Translations under genes and position numbers: made by a program
Shown here: one piece after another, positions 27,414 through 40,400 of the stretch
How positions within the stretch are numbered: the stretch's first letter is position 1
How the letters are laid out: each line of letters begins with the position of its first letter
Origin: Octopus vulgaris
Lineage: Eukaryota
Reading direction: 5' to 3'
NCBI GenBank assembly: GCA_951406725.2
Contig: OX597819.1
Location: 98,332,001 to 98,396,000, forward strand
DNA length: 64,000 nt
Notes under the pieces: generated by a model
The model's database searches: none
Seen by the model: only the letters and a program-made list of their open reading frames with translations
Told to the model about the DNA's origin: nothing

Positions 27414-29108
27414 GCATTGGCAACAACAAACGGTACAGAAGTCCAAATTGGGGGTCATCGTTTTCACTAAAAAACGATGTTATATTCACTTAGATTTCCT
27501 TTTGCTGTTGTTTTGTTTGTCTATGTTAAAATATGTCGGAAGTAACTTTGTGTACAGTCAACACCGTTTGCCATTACTGATGATGTTCACTGGACCTGAT
27601 AACGGGGATTTTTTTTTTTTTGCCTCACATTTTTCAGGAGGGAAAAATCAAGATAAGGTGCATCTTCAGAGGTATGTTGCATCCTTATTCTTAATACTCG
27701 AAGTGATTTTTTTAACTAAAGCTTCGTGATTTTCATCTCGTTTATTTCCAAGAAAATTGTATCTCCATTTTCCATGACTTCTATACTAACTTCTCTTTGT
27801 CTTCCAAAATATTACAAAAAGCGTTGTCTTCAAAATTTTGTGAATATTAGGGCCGACAAACGCCTCTTAATTTTTTTTCGCACTAATAGCTGTTACTTTA
27901 TCTTCTGCATATAGGAAAGCAGTCCCTGTTTGGTCCAAGGCTTTTACAAATTTTTACATTAGTTCAAGCTTAATATGTAAATGATGACAAAATGTTTTGC
28001 TTTTTCTTTTTCTTTTGCAGGGTAAACAAGAGGTGAATTTATAACGTCCTTATGCCAGATTTAATATATTTTCCCTAGGACCATTCGTCCTGAATATCAC
28101 ATGAAACCTAAGCGCAGCTCTCCTGTTCATATAAAACAACAAAATTGAGTACAATTAGGTTACGGTCCAAGCAAAATCCCACAATCATTGCACCATTACA
28201 AATTTGAGGCGTATTATAGTTTATTCATTTCAAAAGTTGCTTAATATTGTCATATGTTTCTTTCATTTAGGTTGAATAACCTATGGGGATTGTTGACAGT
28301 AAACTGCCAGTATGTTCTAAAACCACTTTCAGGTCAATTTTTGAAGAATTTATGAATAATCTTCATTCGATTGGATTGTTGCTTAAGTTTAAAGCTTCCA
28401 TGAAAGCACCAATATTCTTGAATTCTAAAATTTAAAGCTACCTATCACGGGTGCAAAGCATTGGCAATATTAGCAGGTAGATTACAACGTTGTTTCCATA
28501 TCGAACCTTAAAGTTCTGCCTTCATATTTTGCAAAACTTGGTCCCCTACAAGTTCATATAATTCGTCCTGAGAAGTTTATGATGTTTTATACATTCACTT
28601 AAAATGTTTGGATTGCAAGAGGAGGAATCTTCATTTGCTTCGCTTTCAGAATCTGAAGATAGGTAATATGTTTGAGGGGTCTCTAGAATGCGAAGTATAT
28701 GACCTACGTTTTTTAAATTAATCCTTTAAAAAAATTCGGAGTCATATAAACAGTAGTCATTATTATTATCTGTGGGTTCTCTCTATACCATAACTAGTGG
28801 AAACAGCATGCACTTCAGTACAAATATGGGATCTATTTCTTTTCTTGATCGCCTACTTTGCAAGCAAAATTTTGTCAGTAGCGTGTCCTTATTATTAAGT
28901 TAATTTTTATAATTTTGTGATTTAGGAGTGAATTGCCATGATCGTTTAGGCAATTACTAGACATTTTAAATGGGTAGTGTAACGTTATGACAATCGCAAT
29001 AGTTGACGAGAGATATCACACAATTAAACACAGTAGGATAATGAGCTCTCGATTCAAATGACGAATGGTGCAGTAATTGCCATTTTAGCCTATTGTATCA
29101 CATTGTGC
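27414..29108 (-). mobile_element. Heavily decayed DNA transposon, Chapaev3/CMC-like transposase relic
   Basis: Minus-strand remnants LHIKLELM*KFVKALD (~27935-27985), FVGPNIHKILK (~27830-27860) and CNIPLKMH..LDF (~27645-27680). Family assignment is from memory of the motifs. Confidence 0.55.
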
Positions 29109-30134
29109 TTACATGGATGACAAAATGTTTGTTAGATATGAGTTCAAATTCCGCCGAGGTCGACTTTGTCTTTCATCCTTTCGGAGTGGATAAATTAAGT
29201 ACCAGTTGCGTACTGAGGTCGATCTAATCGACTGGCTTCCTTCCCTAAAATTTCGGGCCTTGTGCCTAGAGTAGAAAAAAAAACTGGAAAGGATTGATGG
29301 GCCACGCTTTCGCAGTCCGTATTCGTTTGTTATATATAATGAAATCGATTACCTTTTGAAAAATGTTCCCCTTTGCAATAGGGGAAATAACTCTAAGAAG
29401 TTAAATTAAAATTGAATATAATTTCTGTAATCAGGAACAGAGAATTAGTAAAGATAGACAGGTTTCGACTTCAACGCAAGGAAAAGAATGTAGTTAAACA
29501 GGTAAAATTAGATTCAGTATGGTGCTTTGTGGTATCTAATTAAGTTCCTTATGTCCTAGGTTCAAATCCCAGTCGGGTGAGTTACTTTTCATTCCACTGG
29601 GATGAATTAAGTAAGTCATGCATTGGTGTAGAATCGACTACAGCCTTAAACTACATAATCCTGACATTTTTGCCAATGCAAGAAACTATAATTTGCAATA
29701 ACACATTAACAAAGATCTGTTCCGTATTCCTGGTAATAATCAATTTATCTGCATCAGACCTTCCTTTGGCTGTAAGACCTCCTACATTAAACACAGTTTT
29801 TTTTTTAATCAATAAGTAATGCTAATTTATCAAGTATATATTCATTCAGTTAATCTGTCATCGTCGTCGTTATAACGTCCACTTTCTCCATGCTTGTATA
29901 GGTTGGACAGTTTATAGAAGCAGATTTTCTATTGCCAGATGCCCTTTCTGTCGCCAACCCACATCTGTTTCCAAGAAGCCAGACATGCTTCTGCAAAATA
30001 CTGGAGATTGTTGATACTGCTTGTATGATAGTGACACTCATTTACAACTATTAAGTGATAACAAGACAAGGTGACACAAACATACATACGTGTGTGTGCG
30101 TGTATGTATATATATATGTGTGTGTGTGTGTATG

Positions 30135-30194
<60 letters not shown>

Positions 30195-30197
<3 letters not shown>

Positions 30198-31055
30198 GGC
30201 GCGATGGGTAAATTGTCGGCATTTTATATTTTAAATTTTGAACACGCACATCATTTGAAATTGTCGACTACACAATATAGTAGGCGCAGTTGGGCACCGT
30301 CTGTGAGTAAAAGAGCACTATGGACGCAATTCACTCCGCCAGAAATTTGGAAACGACATGATGTACTGCTTGGCATTCGCGCCGGAAGCTCCAATACGAA
30401 CATTTCAAAATGCTTGGGTGTCAATCTGAGTGTTTGCCGTGTCTCCAAAATATGTGCCGAGAGTGATAAAAATCAAACATCCAGTCAACATCATGGTGTT
30501 TGGAGTGATCACTAGTGATAGTGACGGAATCCTTCCATTCATCTTCCCACACGGCCTAGATCAAGTGCCTGGAGGAAGTAATGCTGCCCTGAGTCGAGAG
30601 GGTGGCTGCTGGAAGACCCTATGTCTGGCAAAAGGACTCTGCACCATGCCACACAAATAGATCACAGTCATGGCTGTCAGACAATTTCTGCGACCACATC
30701 ACCACTAACATCTGCCACCTAACTCTCCAGACTGCAGCCCCTTTGATTATTATGTGTGGGGCGCAGTTGAGCGAGAGACCAACAAAATTCCTTGTAACAC
30801 CAAGGATGAACTAAAGGCAAGGATAATGGCAGCGTCCATCAACTTAAACAAAGGACCGTCCAGAAGAATTGCAGGAGATTCCAAAATCGTCTGAAAGCCT
30901 TGGTTGAAACCAATGGCAATTTTATTGAATAAATTTACTCTTTAGTATTTCAAGGTATTTTTATGTAAGTTTGGTAAATATATCTGTTAAAATGAGATGT
31001 CAGTGTTATTTTAATTTTTGCGTAATTTAGGCGATAATTTATTCACCGCACCCTG
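30195..31055 (+). mobile_element. Internally deleted maT-like Tc1/mariner element
   Basis: TIRs CAGGGCGCGATGGGTAAATTGTC / GATAATTTATTCACCGCACCCTG; TA flanks. Peptides KHPVNIMVFGVI, YVWQKDSAPCH, PNSPDCSPFDYYVWG. Confidence 0.87.
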
Positions 31056-31086
31056 TATATGTTGTATATGTATGTATGTATGTATG

Positions 31087-31114
<28 letters not shown>

Positions 31115-31121
<7 letters not shown>

Positions 31122-32105
31122 GAAATAAAGCTACCATGATCAGCTGGATGTGTAATGTCAGTATGCACACACGACAGAGTATAAGCGCCTTGAGAGAAAT
31201 GTTGGACATAAGAAACATCAGATGTGGCGTGCAAGAGAGATGTCTGCGCTGTTATGGTCATGTACTACGGATGGATGAGGAGAGCTGTGTGAAGAAGTGC
31301 CACTCCCAAACAGTGGAAGGAACCCGTGGTAGAGGGAGACCCAGGAAGACATGGGATGAGGTGGTGAAGCATGACATTCGAACGTTGGGCCTCACAGAGG
31401 CAATGACAAAAGACCGGAGACCTCGGGAAATATGCTGTGACTGAGAAGATCCGGCAAATAAAATGAGATCACAGCTGTAACCTACGCCAGTGTCGCATAA
31501 CCAGCCCACTCAAAAAATACCTTTGGATCGTAGGGAGACATGCCGTGCTTGAGGAGACCTATTGAGTCAAGTACATCAACAATCGAATCAAACCACAATC
31601 AAATGGAAATTGTAGTTATGGCTGATGCCAGCCGGTCTGCTCCCCGAGTCGGTGACACGTAAAAAGCACCATCCAAACGTGGTCAATGCCAGCCCTCTCG
31701 CCCGACTGGCTCCTGTGCCGGTGGCACGTAAAAAGCGCCGTCCGAACGTGACTGTTGCCAGCGACGCCTTGACTGGCTCCAGTGCAGGTGGCACGTAAAA
31801 GCACCATCCAAACGTGGTCGATGCCAGCCCCCTCTGGCTCCCGTGACGGTGGAACGTAAAAGTACCATCCAAACGTGGTCAATGCCAACCCCCTCTGACC
31901 CCTGTGCTGGTGGCACGTAAAAAGCACCCACTACAATCTCGGAGTGGTTGGCGTTAGGAAGGGCATCCAGCTGTAGAAACAGTGCCAGATCAGATTGGAG
32001 CCTGGTGCAGCCTCCTGGATTCCCAGACCCCAGTCGAACCGTCCAACCTATGCCAGCATGGAAAACGCGCGTAAAAAGACGACGACGATGACGATGATGA
32101 TGATG
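31115..32105 (+). mobile_element. RTE-clade LINE 3' fragment with 3'UTR tandem repeats and (GAT)n tail
   Basis: ORF 31076-31444 LRCYGHVLRM...GTRGRGRPRKTWDEVV is an RTE C-terminus. The tail matches the short elements at 33170, 35100, 42250 and 51420. Confidence 0.85.
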
Positions 32106-33504
32106 ATATACACACACGATGGTCTTCTTTCAATTTTTGTCCACCAAATTCATTCACAAAACATTGGTTGACCCAGGGTTATAGTAGAAGACATTTGCCC
32201 ATTGGGACTGAACTGGAAACCATGTGATTGGGAACGAAACTTCTTAACCACACAATCAAATCTTCGTCTACATAGAACATGTATAATTGCTGCTATTCAG
32301 TCAGAAGTATGAAATATAAGCAATACAAGTCCACTGGCAGTAACATTCAACCAAAGCTGATTTATCTACAACACTATAAAGCTTAGAAAACTGATATACA
32401 ACTTTTTAGTCTTTTACCTGTTTCAATCACTGGACTGTGTCCATGCTGGAGCACTTCATTAAGACAAGTAACACTGACAGAGTTGGTGTTCAGTTTGACA
32501 AAAAACGTGGGTGGAGAAAGAATTTCAACAACGGGAATTTAACACCTACCTGCAGAATGTGAACTTCACCATCCATGTTTACTTTCATGTTTCAATCTCT
32601 CCCTTACTCTACACACACACGCATACACAATCATCATCATTTAATGTCCATGTTTCAATCTAGCATGTGATAAATGATTTGATAGGGTCTGATGGATCCA
32701 AAAACTGCACTGTGCTCATGTCTGCTTTGGTATGGTTTCTACAGTTGCATGCCCTTCCTAATCCCAACCACTTTACAGCATTGCAGCTACTTATTTTCAT
32801 GCAACCATCTCTAGCGAGGTCACCATTCAGCCTGCAAGACTACAAAACCCAGGGAGGAAGGCAGTCTTTATGCTAGATGAAGGTGAAGGCATGACAGATA
32901 TGCTGAACACGTTACTTCCCACCCAACAATGGAGCAAAGCAGGTTCTCGTGGGGTCCCACAAGAAGCTGTTCTGTTCCACTCAACAGGTTCTTGTTGGGT
33001 GGGGCAGAGCAGGTTCTTGCTTTAAAGGAGCTACATGGCTACTTTTATTTAGAGGAGAAAGTGAGAATCAGTAAGAGTTGTGAAGACATAATGTGAAACT
33101 TGCAAAAAAAAAATAATGAATAAAATATCAGCAAGATTTTTCAAAACTGCAACCATCATATCATCATCATCGTTTTAACGTCCGCTTTCCATGCTAGCAT
33201 GGGTTGGACGAATGACTGAGGGCTGACAAACCAGATGGCTGCACCAGGCTTCAATCTTGATCTGGCAGAGTTCCTACAGATGGATGCCCTTCCTAACGCC
33301 AACCACTCCGAGAGTCTAGTGGGTGCTTTTATGTGCCACCAGCACGGGGCCAGTCAGGTGGTACTGGCAATGATCTCGCTCGTATCTTTTACACATGCCA
33401 CTAGCACAGGTGCTAGTAAAGCGATGCAGATTAAAAGAGACACTCCGAGCAGGCTCCAACTAATCAGCTGTGACTAAACAAATTACAATAAACTAACACA
33501 ATAG

Positions 33505-33890
33505 AGGTTGTATGGGTAAAAAGCTAGTTTCTCAACTAAATGGTTTTGGGTTCAGTTCCACTGTGTAACACCTTGGGAAAATATCATCTACTATAGTCCT
33601 GGTTAGATGGACAGACCAAAGCCTTGTGAATGGAATTGGTAAACAGAAACTGAAAGAATCCTGTCATATGTGTGTGTGTGATTTACATATGTTTGTGTTG
33701 TGTTTATCTTCCATGCCACCTTGTTGATATTGGTTTGTTTAGATCCATTAACAAAGGAGACCAATAGGATAAGGACCAGACTTAGAAAATAAATACTGAG
33801 ATCGATTTGTTCAACTAAAGCCCTTTAAGACTGTGCTCCAGCATGGGTGCAGTTCAATGACTGAAACAAGTAAACGACAAAAGATAAAAG
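33505..33890 (+). mobile_element. CORE-type tRNA SINE (further copies ~59965-60310 plus, ~32110-32270 minus, tail at 15960-16050)
   Basis: ggttcagt(c/t)ccact..caccttggg(c)aa core; tail gactgaaacaagtaaaaga. Confidence 0.7.
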
Positions 33891-34951
33891 ACAAAGCTAA
33901 ACTTGCAGAGTTCAGAAGGAAATTTAATTAAACCTTTTTGAAAAAAATAATATCAAATAAAAATAAAATAAAAAAAAAAAAGACTTGGTTCCTTTCAGAA
34001 CACAAATATGATCCAGAAACAACATTAGTAGTTGTTTGGAAGTAGGATGATGGCAGGGACTGCGATGGAGCCCCCAACAGTGTGTTTTAAGTTGCCATTG
34101 AAACATAGACTGATGCAACATTGATACAGAAGTAGTGCTGGTCATATCTGACATACATTATGTACTGGCCACTAGTGTAATACGGCTACAGAGAGAAGTG
34201 ACCAGTACAGTAAATAGCTGCACACTGAACTACAGCAGAACAGTACGATTTGTGGGTGACCATCAAACATTTCCAATGATGAGTCACCTGATATAAAGCC
34301 CCACTGAGGAATTTCCTTAATTCATTCCCTTAAAATCTGACACTACACATATACATACCAACAGGTATTTGTATGTGCAATTACATATTCATATGCATGT
34401 GGTGTGTGCGTGTGTATGTGTATATATATATGGGTGTATTCATGTGCATATGCGTGTAGCATATTTGTGCAGGAGGTTTTCTACAGCCAAATGCCCTCCT
34501 GTTACCGACCTCCACCTATATATATATGTACACACATGTATTCATATATAATAATTATTAAAAAAAAATTAACCAGATGAAATGAAGGTAACCTTCTTTA
34601 GTCATATGAGGTACAAAAGATCTTAGAATTTTCCCAAGAAAATGGAATGAAACACTTAACTCTTTGCTACATCCTTTCATCTACATGACTAGCACCTGAA
34701 AGTCATTTTCTGTGTCTTTGTTAAAGTGAGCAGATAATTTATTTTATAAACAAATGTAGCTCACATAACAGCTGTGAGATTTTTACTTACATTGGCACAA
34801 ACTGAATACTATTAGCAGTTATGTGACATTCTCAAATCAACTTGGACAGTAAGGTCATGTGATGTGTTTTAACTATGTTGGCCAAACTGCAAACTCCCTC
34901 TGCAAATGAGTGGGGATATGCAAACAGTAAATGCATTATGTAGAACTAACT

Positions 34952-35493
34952 CAGTAGTTCTCAACTATTTTATGCTTACAGACCCCCTTTAATCAGGAGG
35001 AAACCCTGGTAGTCAATCAATGTCTAAAAAACTCCTATCATATCTTTGATTAGCTAGATATCATTTAGAATTGCAAAACAAGTTTTTTTAATGTTTTGTC
35101 ATCATCATCATGATCGTTTAACATCCATTTTCCATACTGGCATGGGTTGGACAGTTTGACTGGGGCCTGGGAAGCCAGGTGGCCATGCCAGGCCCCAATC
35201 TGATTTGGCAGTGTTTCTACAGCTGGATGCCCTTCCTAACGCCAACCACTCCGAGAATGTAGTGGGTGCTTTTTACATACCACCAGCACTGGGACCAGAG
35301 GGGGCTGGCATTGACCACATTCGGATGGTGCTTTTTACATGCCACCAGCACGGGGGCCAGTCAAGGCAGCACTAGCATCGGCCACGTTCAGATGGTGCAT
35401 TTTATGTGCCACCAGTACAGGAGTCAGTCGAGGCACACCAGTTTATTGCACATAAAATCTTATATCCCTGCCCCTCCCAGTTGAGAACAACTG
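34952..35493. mobile_element. hAT-type MITE interrupted by an RTE-tail SINE (~35100-35440, minus)
   Basis: Termini cagtagttctcaac / gttgagaacaactg. Confidence 0.6.
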
Positions 35494-36254
35494 ATCTAAG
35501 CAAACATTTAGAAATTTGCGGGAACACCAAATTCAAGATTTTTCCTTTCTACAAATACTTATGCGATGATCTAATATATCATTTAGAAATCAAAAGACAT
35601 TTTATAAAAAACAATTTGAAACAACCCACTTAAAACATGGACAATTACATGTCCAAGTTGAAAAATTTATCATTGAAATTTTCTATGAAATGAAAATACT
35701 GGTTTTAAGTATTTCTTCTACATGAGAATTGAAGAAAATAGGAATTTATTTTCACCAACTCATCTTTTTTTACCATCATTTTTACTATTATTTTATTCTA
35801 CTGAGGACCTTTTGTCTCTATGTATATGTGTGCATGTGTACATGAACATGTCCAGGTGTGTGTATGTAGATGTGTATAGAAGTTCATACACATATACATT
35901 AGTACCTTTACTAGGTTCAGCTCAGAAAAAACTTTTATATGTCACATGACTTCACTGACCTGCAAGTGACACCAATCCTCTGATCACATGACTGATTCAT
36001 GCAGACATCAGAGGGAAAACAGTAAACAGATAATAATTCAAACATATCACATGACTGTTTCACAATATTCAGTTTTTGCCCTCCTTAGTAAAAATCTCAC
36101 AGAATTAAAGTGAGCCTGCTTTCCCTTATAAAAGAAAACGCCCTTGTGCACTTTAGCAAAGACACAAAGATTAATACTCAAGCACTAAACAAAAGTTAAG
36201 AAGCATTTCATTTCATATCCTTGGGAAAATATAAAGATTGTTTTTACTTGTATA

Positions 36255-36422
36255 CAAATGTATATAATTAATCTAACAAATGGTACCTCCATGACTTCAA
36301 ACTAATTTTTAATCTTACATATATATATACATACATTTATGTGTGTATAAGCACATATAAATATATATATATATATATATAAAATGTGCATCCATATGTA
36401 TTTATGTGTATATATCTACATA

Positions 36423-36484
<62 letters not shown>

Positions 36485-36717
36485 AAGGTAATCTCAATTA
36501 CCTAACCGAATATATATATATATATATATACATATACACATACACACACTTACATATACAAATGAATATAATTAATCTAACACTGGTACCTCCGTCGCTT
36601 CAAACTAATCTTTAATCTTACATATATACATACATTTATGTGTGTGTACAAGCACATATAAATATATATATATATAAAATGTGCGTCCATATGTATTTAT
36701 GTGTATATATCTACATA

Positions 36718-36763
<46 letters not shown>

Positions 36764-36800
36764 ATATACATACACACACTTACATATACATATATATATT
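36255..36800. repeat. Local direct duplication (~36255-36480 and ~36565-36770) downstream of the RBM22 stop
   Basis: Repeated atattaatctaac..tggtacctcc..cttcaaactaat...ctacatagtgtgtg. Confidence 0.8.
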
Positions 36801-37343
36801 ACATATACTCACATATGTACATTTAAAAACAAGATAACTTTTGAAACTTTTTTTAAAAAAAAAAAGAATGAAAAGTATTTTATACAGTTTGATTTCAACT
36901 TTTGATTGAGTTGTGTTGGTTTTTAATATCATAAAATTTTAGTCACTGTAGAACATGACTTCTGACTTCCTCAAATTCATGGTGAATCTTATATTACACA
37001 ATATATGGTGCAAACACACACACACATAAGTGTGTGTGCATATATATATATATATATACACACACAAACATACATATATATATATACATATACACTCACA
37101 TTATACACATGTGTATGTACATACATATATGTGTACATAAACATATGTATGTCTGCATACACATGCACACACACACACACATATAAATATATGTATATAT
37201 ACATACACAAATTATCATCACTATCATTATGATGATATATATATGTGTGTGTGTGTGTACATATATATATATATATATATTCTCTTTTGTTGTGTCATAT
37301 TTGTGTGGTTCACAAGTTTGACTGATGAAGATGGTATTGGATC

Positions 37344-37495
37344 CTAGGTCTTCTGGTTGGTGACAGTTACTGCTCCCATACGTGTCGGGTCTTGTGATGG
37401 ATAGTGGACAGAGTTGAGCTGAGTAGTTCGAGGTGGGATCAGTGGCGGTGGCCGCACAGGTAGTATTCCAGGTGGTGGTGGGGGTAGTCTGACAC
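37344..37495 (-). CDS. RBM22: RBM22 exon 9, terminal coding part (…[21 protein letters not shown])
   Basis: ttgcAG acceptor; conserved HYPSQDPxRMG; TAG at 37346-37344. Confidence 0.93.
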
Positions 37496-40400
37496 CTGCA
37501 AATGGGAAATGGAAGAGAATTGAATTTAATCATGGTGACGTTAGGTTGTTATGTTTTACAGGTGATCAAAACAGCTGTCAGAAAAGATATAATGAGTTAA
37601 ATTGCAAAAGAAATAACACCTGTAGAATCTGATTAGGTAAATATCAGAATTTTATATCCACTTTCTATGCTGGCATGGGTTAGATCATTATGGACTAAGT
37701 TAGTTTCATTGGTTGGTTTGGTTTCATCAGCTGGATGTTGGATGCTGTTCCAATTGCCAACCATTTTACAGAGAGTACTAGGTGCCACCTTTTCATGGTA
37801 CCAACATTAGAGGGATTGAATAAGAGAACCCTATACATTCTCTGCCCATTTGCCAACCACTTTATAATGTTGTACTGGGCACATTTGTATGGTACCAGCA
37901 TTGGAGAGATTTTCTCCCTCATCATTCACACTCAAGACAGTATAGTTTGATGGCTTTCTATTGCGACTCCAGTACAAAATTTCTTTTGTGATTGAGTGCC
38001 TTGTACGTGGAAAATGTAGAGGGTACTTAGAGAGCTATGACAGGTGGACCAAGAAGAAACAGAAAGGAAAATCAAACATATTCCATATTGGTCAATAGAT
38101 ATGATAAATAAGAATGAAGACTTGAAAGGTAGACCAGCAAGATGTGAACCAAGATTCAGAAAATATGTTCAAATCATCTGTTATACAAAAGCAAACAATT
38201 GTATACCACTAAATAGTCATCAAAATATGGGTGTAATTATTTGATTCATAACATTTATTTAGTTTTCCAGGTGTAACCATTCTGTCCATGGTAAACACCT
38301 TACCAAAGTGGAATCTGTGGTCAATTACAGTTTTGGTAGTGTTAAGTGCTAAACAAGTGTAAATTGGTCTTAGCAACCACTTCACCCTTTAACATTTAAA
38401 CCAGCTATATTTGACCCAAATATCCTACTTGTTTTATCCTCAAACCAGCCAGATCTAGCCTCACACACCTACCCTACAATGACATCTTAAAAATAAACAT
38501 TCACATCACTGAAATTTTAGAGCTACATGATGATGCATGTTTAATTTTTTAAAAATGTGGGAGTAATCTATAAACTAAAGAGTTCATTACTAAACTACTC
38601 AGTAATGACAAATTTTTAGTTGTATATTTTAATGTCAACAATTATCTTTGTTAAATTGTTTTCTCAAAGTTTAATAAAAGTGCATTATTAATTAACTGAT
38701 GCTTAAAGCTGTTTAGTGAAAAACACTAACATAATATTTATCAATATGGGACACAAATCCAAAAATATTTATCATGATAGCAAGAATTTGTTTCAGATAA
38801 AACTTGGATTTTATATTAGTATCAAATATGAACTGAGTTCATATTTAACCTTTTAGCACTTAAACCGGCCCAAATATTCTACAAACTGTGTGAACCTGGC
38901 CTGTTACAACTATCCTATAATGTCGTTTTAAAAATATATAATCACATAATTGTAAAATCAAAGTTACAAGGTAATCCCTGATTAATTCAAAACAATGTGA
39001 ATAAATAAGCATCACATTTGACAGAGTAATCTGTATGCTGAAGGGTTAATATTAATATAAAAAAAAGAGGAGTGAGGTGACAAGCTGGCTGAAACATTAG
39101 CATGTTGGGCAAAATGTTTAACGACATTTCATCTGTCTTTGGGTTCTGAGTTCAAATTTTGCCAAGATTGACTATACCTTTCATCCTTTCAGGATCGAAA
39201 AATTAAATACCATTTGAGTACTGGGGTCAATGTAATCAACTTACACCAGCCCCTGAAACTGCTAGCTTTGTTACAAAATTTGAAAGCAATATAAAAAAAG
39301 AGGAGTGACATTGGGAACCTACAATGGAATTTAAGATTAGACTTTTTTTATTTGCAGTTATAAATATTCATTTAGGGTTTATAATAATTTTAATTGATTC
39401 AGTAATTCATCAAGAGTTATTTGTACAAGAAACTATCACCATATTCTATACCAGAGAGATGATGACAAATATGGAGTCCTCCTTACTGTTGTATCTGGTC
39501 AATTTATAACATTAGCAGCAGTATCTATGCACAAATGTTACTGATGTTACTGCAGTACAGACAGCAATCATGCATAGATCATTTTACACTTGTTAGACTA
39601 TATACAAAAGGACAATCACATAGCTATTTTAATACTAATGAAAGAGGGTGGGGTGGTTCTGCAGCACAGAAGAAATACATGAGGGCTGTCACAAACCAAA
39701 TGGATTAATAAAAGCAAGGATTGACAACAATCTAAGGCAGAGCAACTTCATACCTGGTGGTGGAGGAGGTGGACCTCGAGGCATATTGTTAAACGGTGGT
39801 GCCATTGGGGGTGGAATACGGGGAGGTACACCTTGTGGTGGTGGTGGAGGTACCAGTGGTGGTGGCTGGCCAAGATTAAAATAGTTGTTGGTCAGTTCTT
39901 CAGGTGGCAATGGTAATGCTGGAAAGATATAAAATGAAATTTAGAACATTTAGAATATTGCACAGAGTCATGGTAACTACATCTAACCACAAACACACAA
40001 ATATACATCATTCACAGTACAATACAAATACAGTTTAAATTCACTCAAGTAAGTTATAGATTTAAGATGGCACCAAATTTGTTAAGCTATATGACAGAAT
40101 AATGTCAGTAAGAAACAATAGATATTAAATCTGTAATAACAACAATAAAGGTTAATTCCTTTAAATTAGCAGTAGTACTACTATTACTAGTTTTGTTTTA
40201 TAACATGATTTAATCAGAGTGGGGAAGATTAGTGCCAAGACATTTTATCAGGGTTTCCAAGATTGGTAGGTGACAGAGAAAGTCATCCTCACACCAGAAA
40301 TGTAGCTCAAATGCTTGAAATAGAGAAGGTTCTGCTAAAGACATCAGAACAGCTATTGTAACAGAAGATATTTATATAACCATGATCATCATTATCATCA

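Noticed and set aside
27575-27600. Isolated CTGATGA heptamers (also ~9205, ~21717, ~37322)
   Set aside because: No stem II plus GAAA downstream; expected by chance.
31630-31930. CRISPR-like repeat-spacer appearance
   Set aside because: Eukaryotic context, no cas genes, and the 'spacers' resemble each other; part of a LINE 3'UTR.
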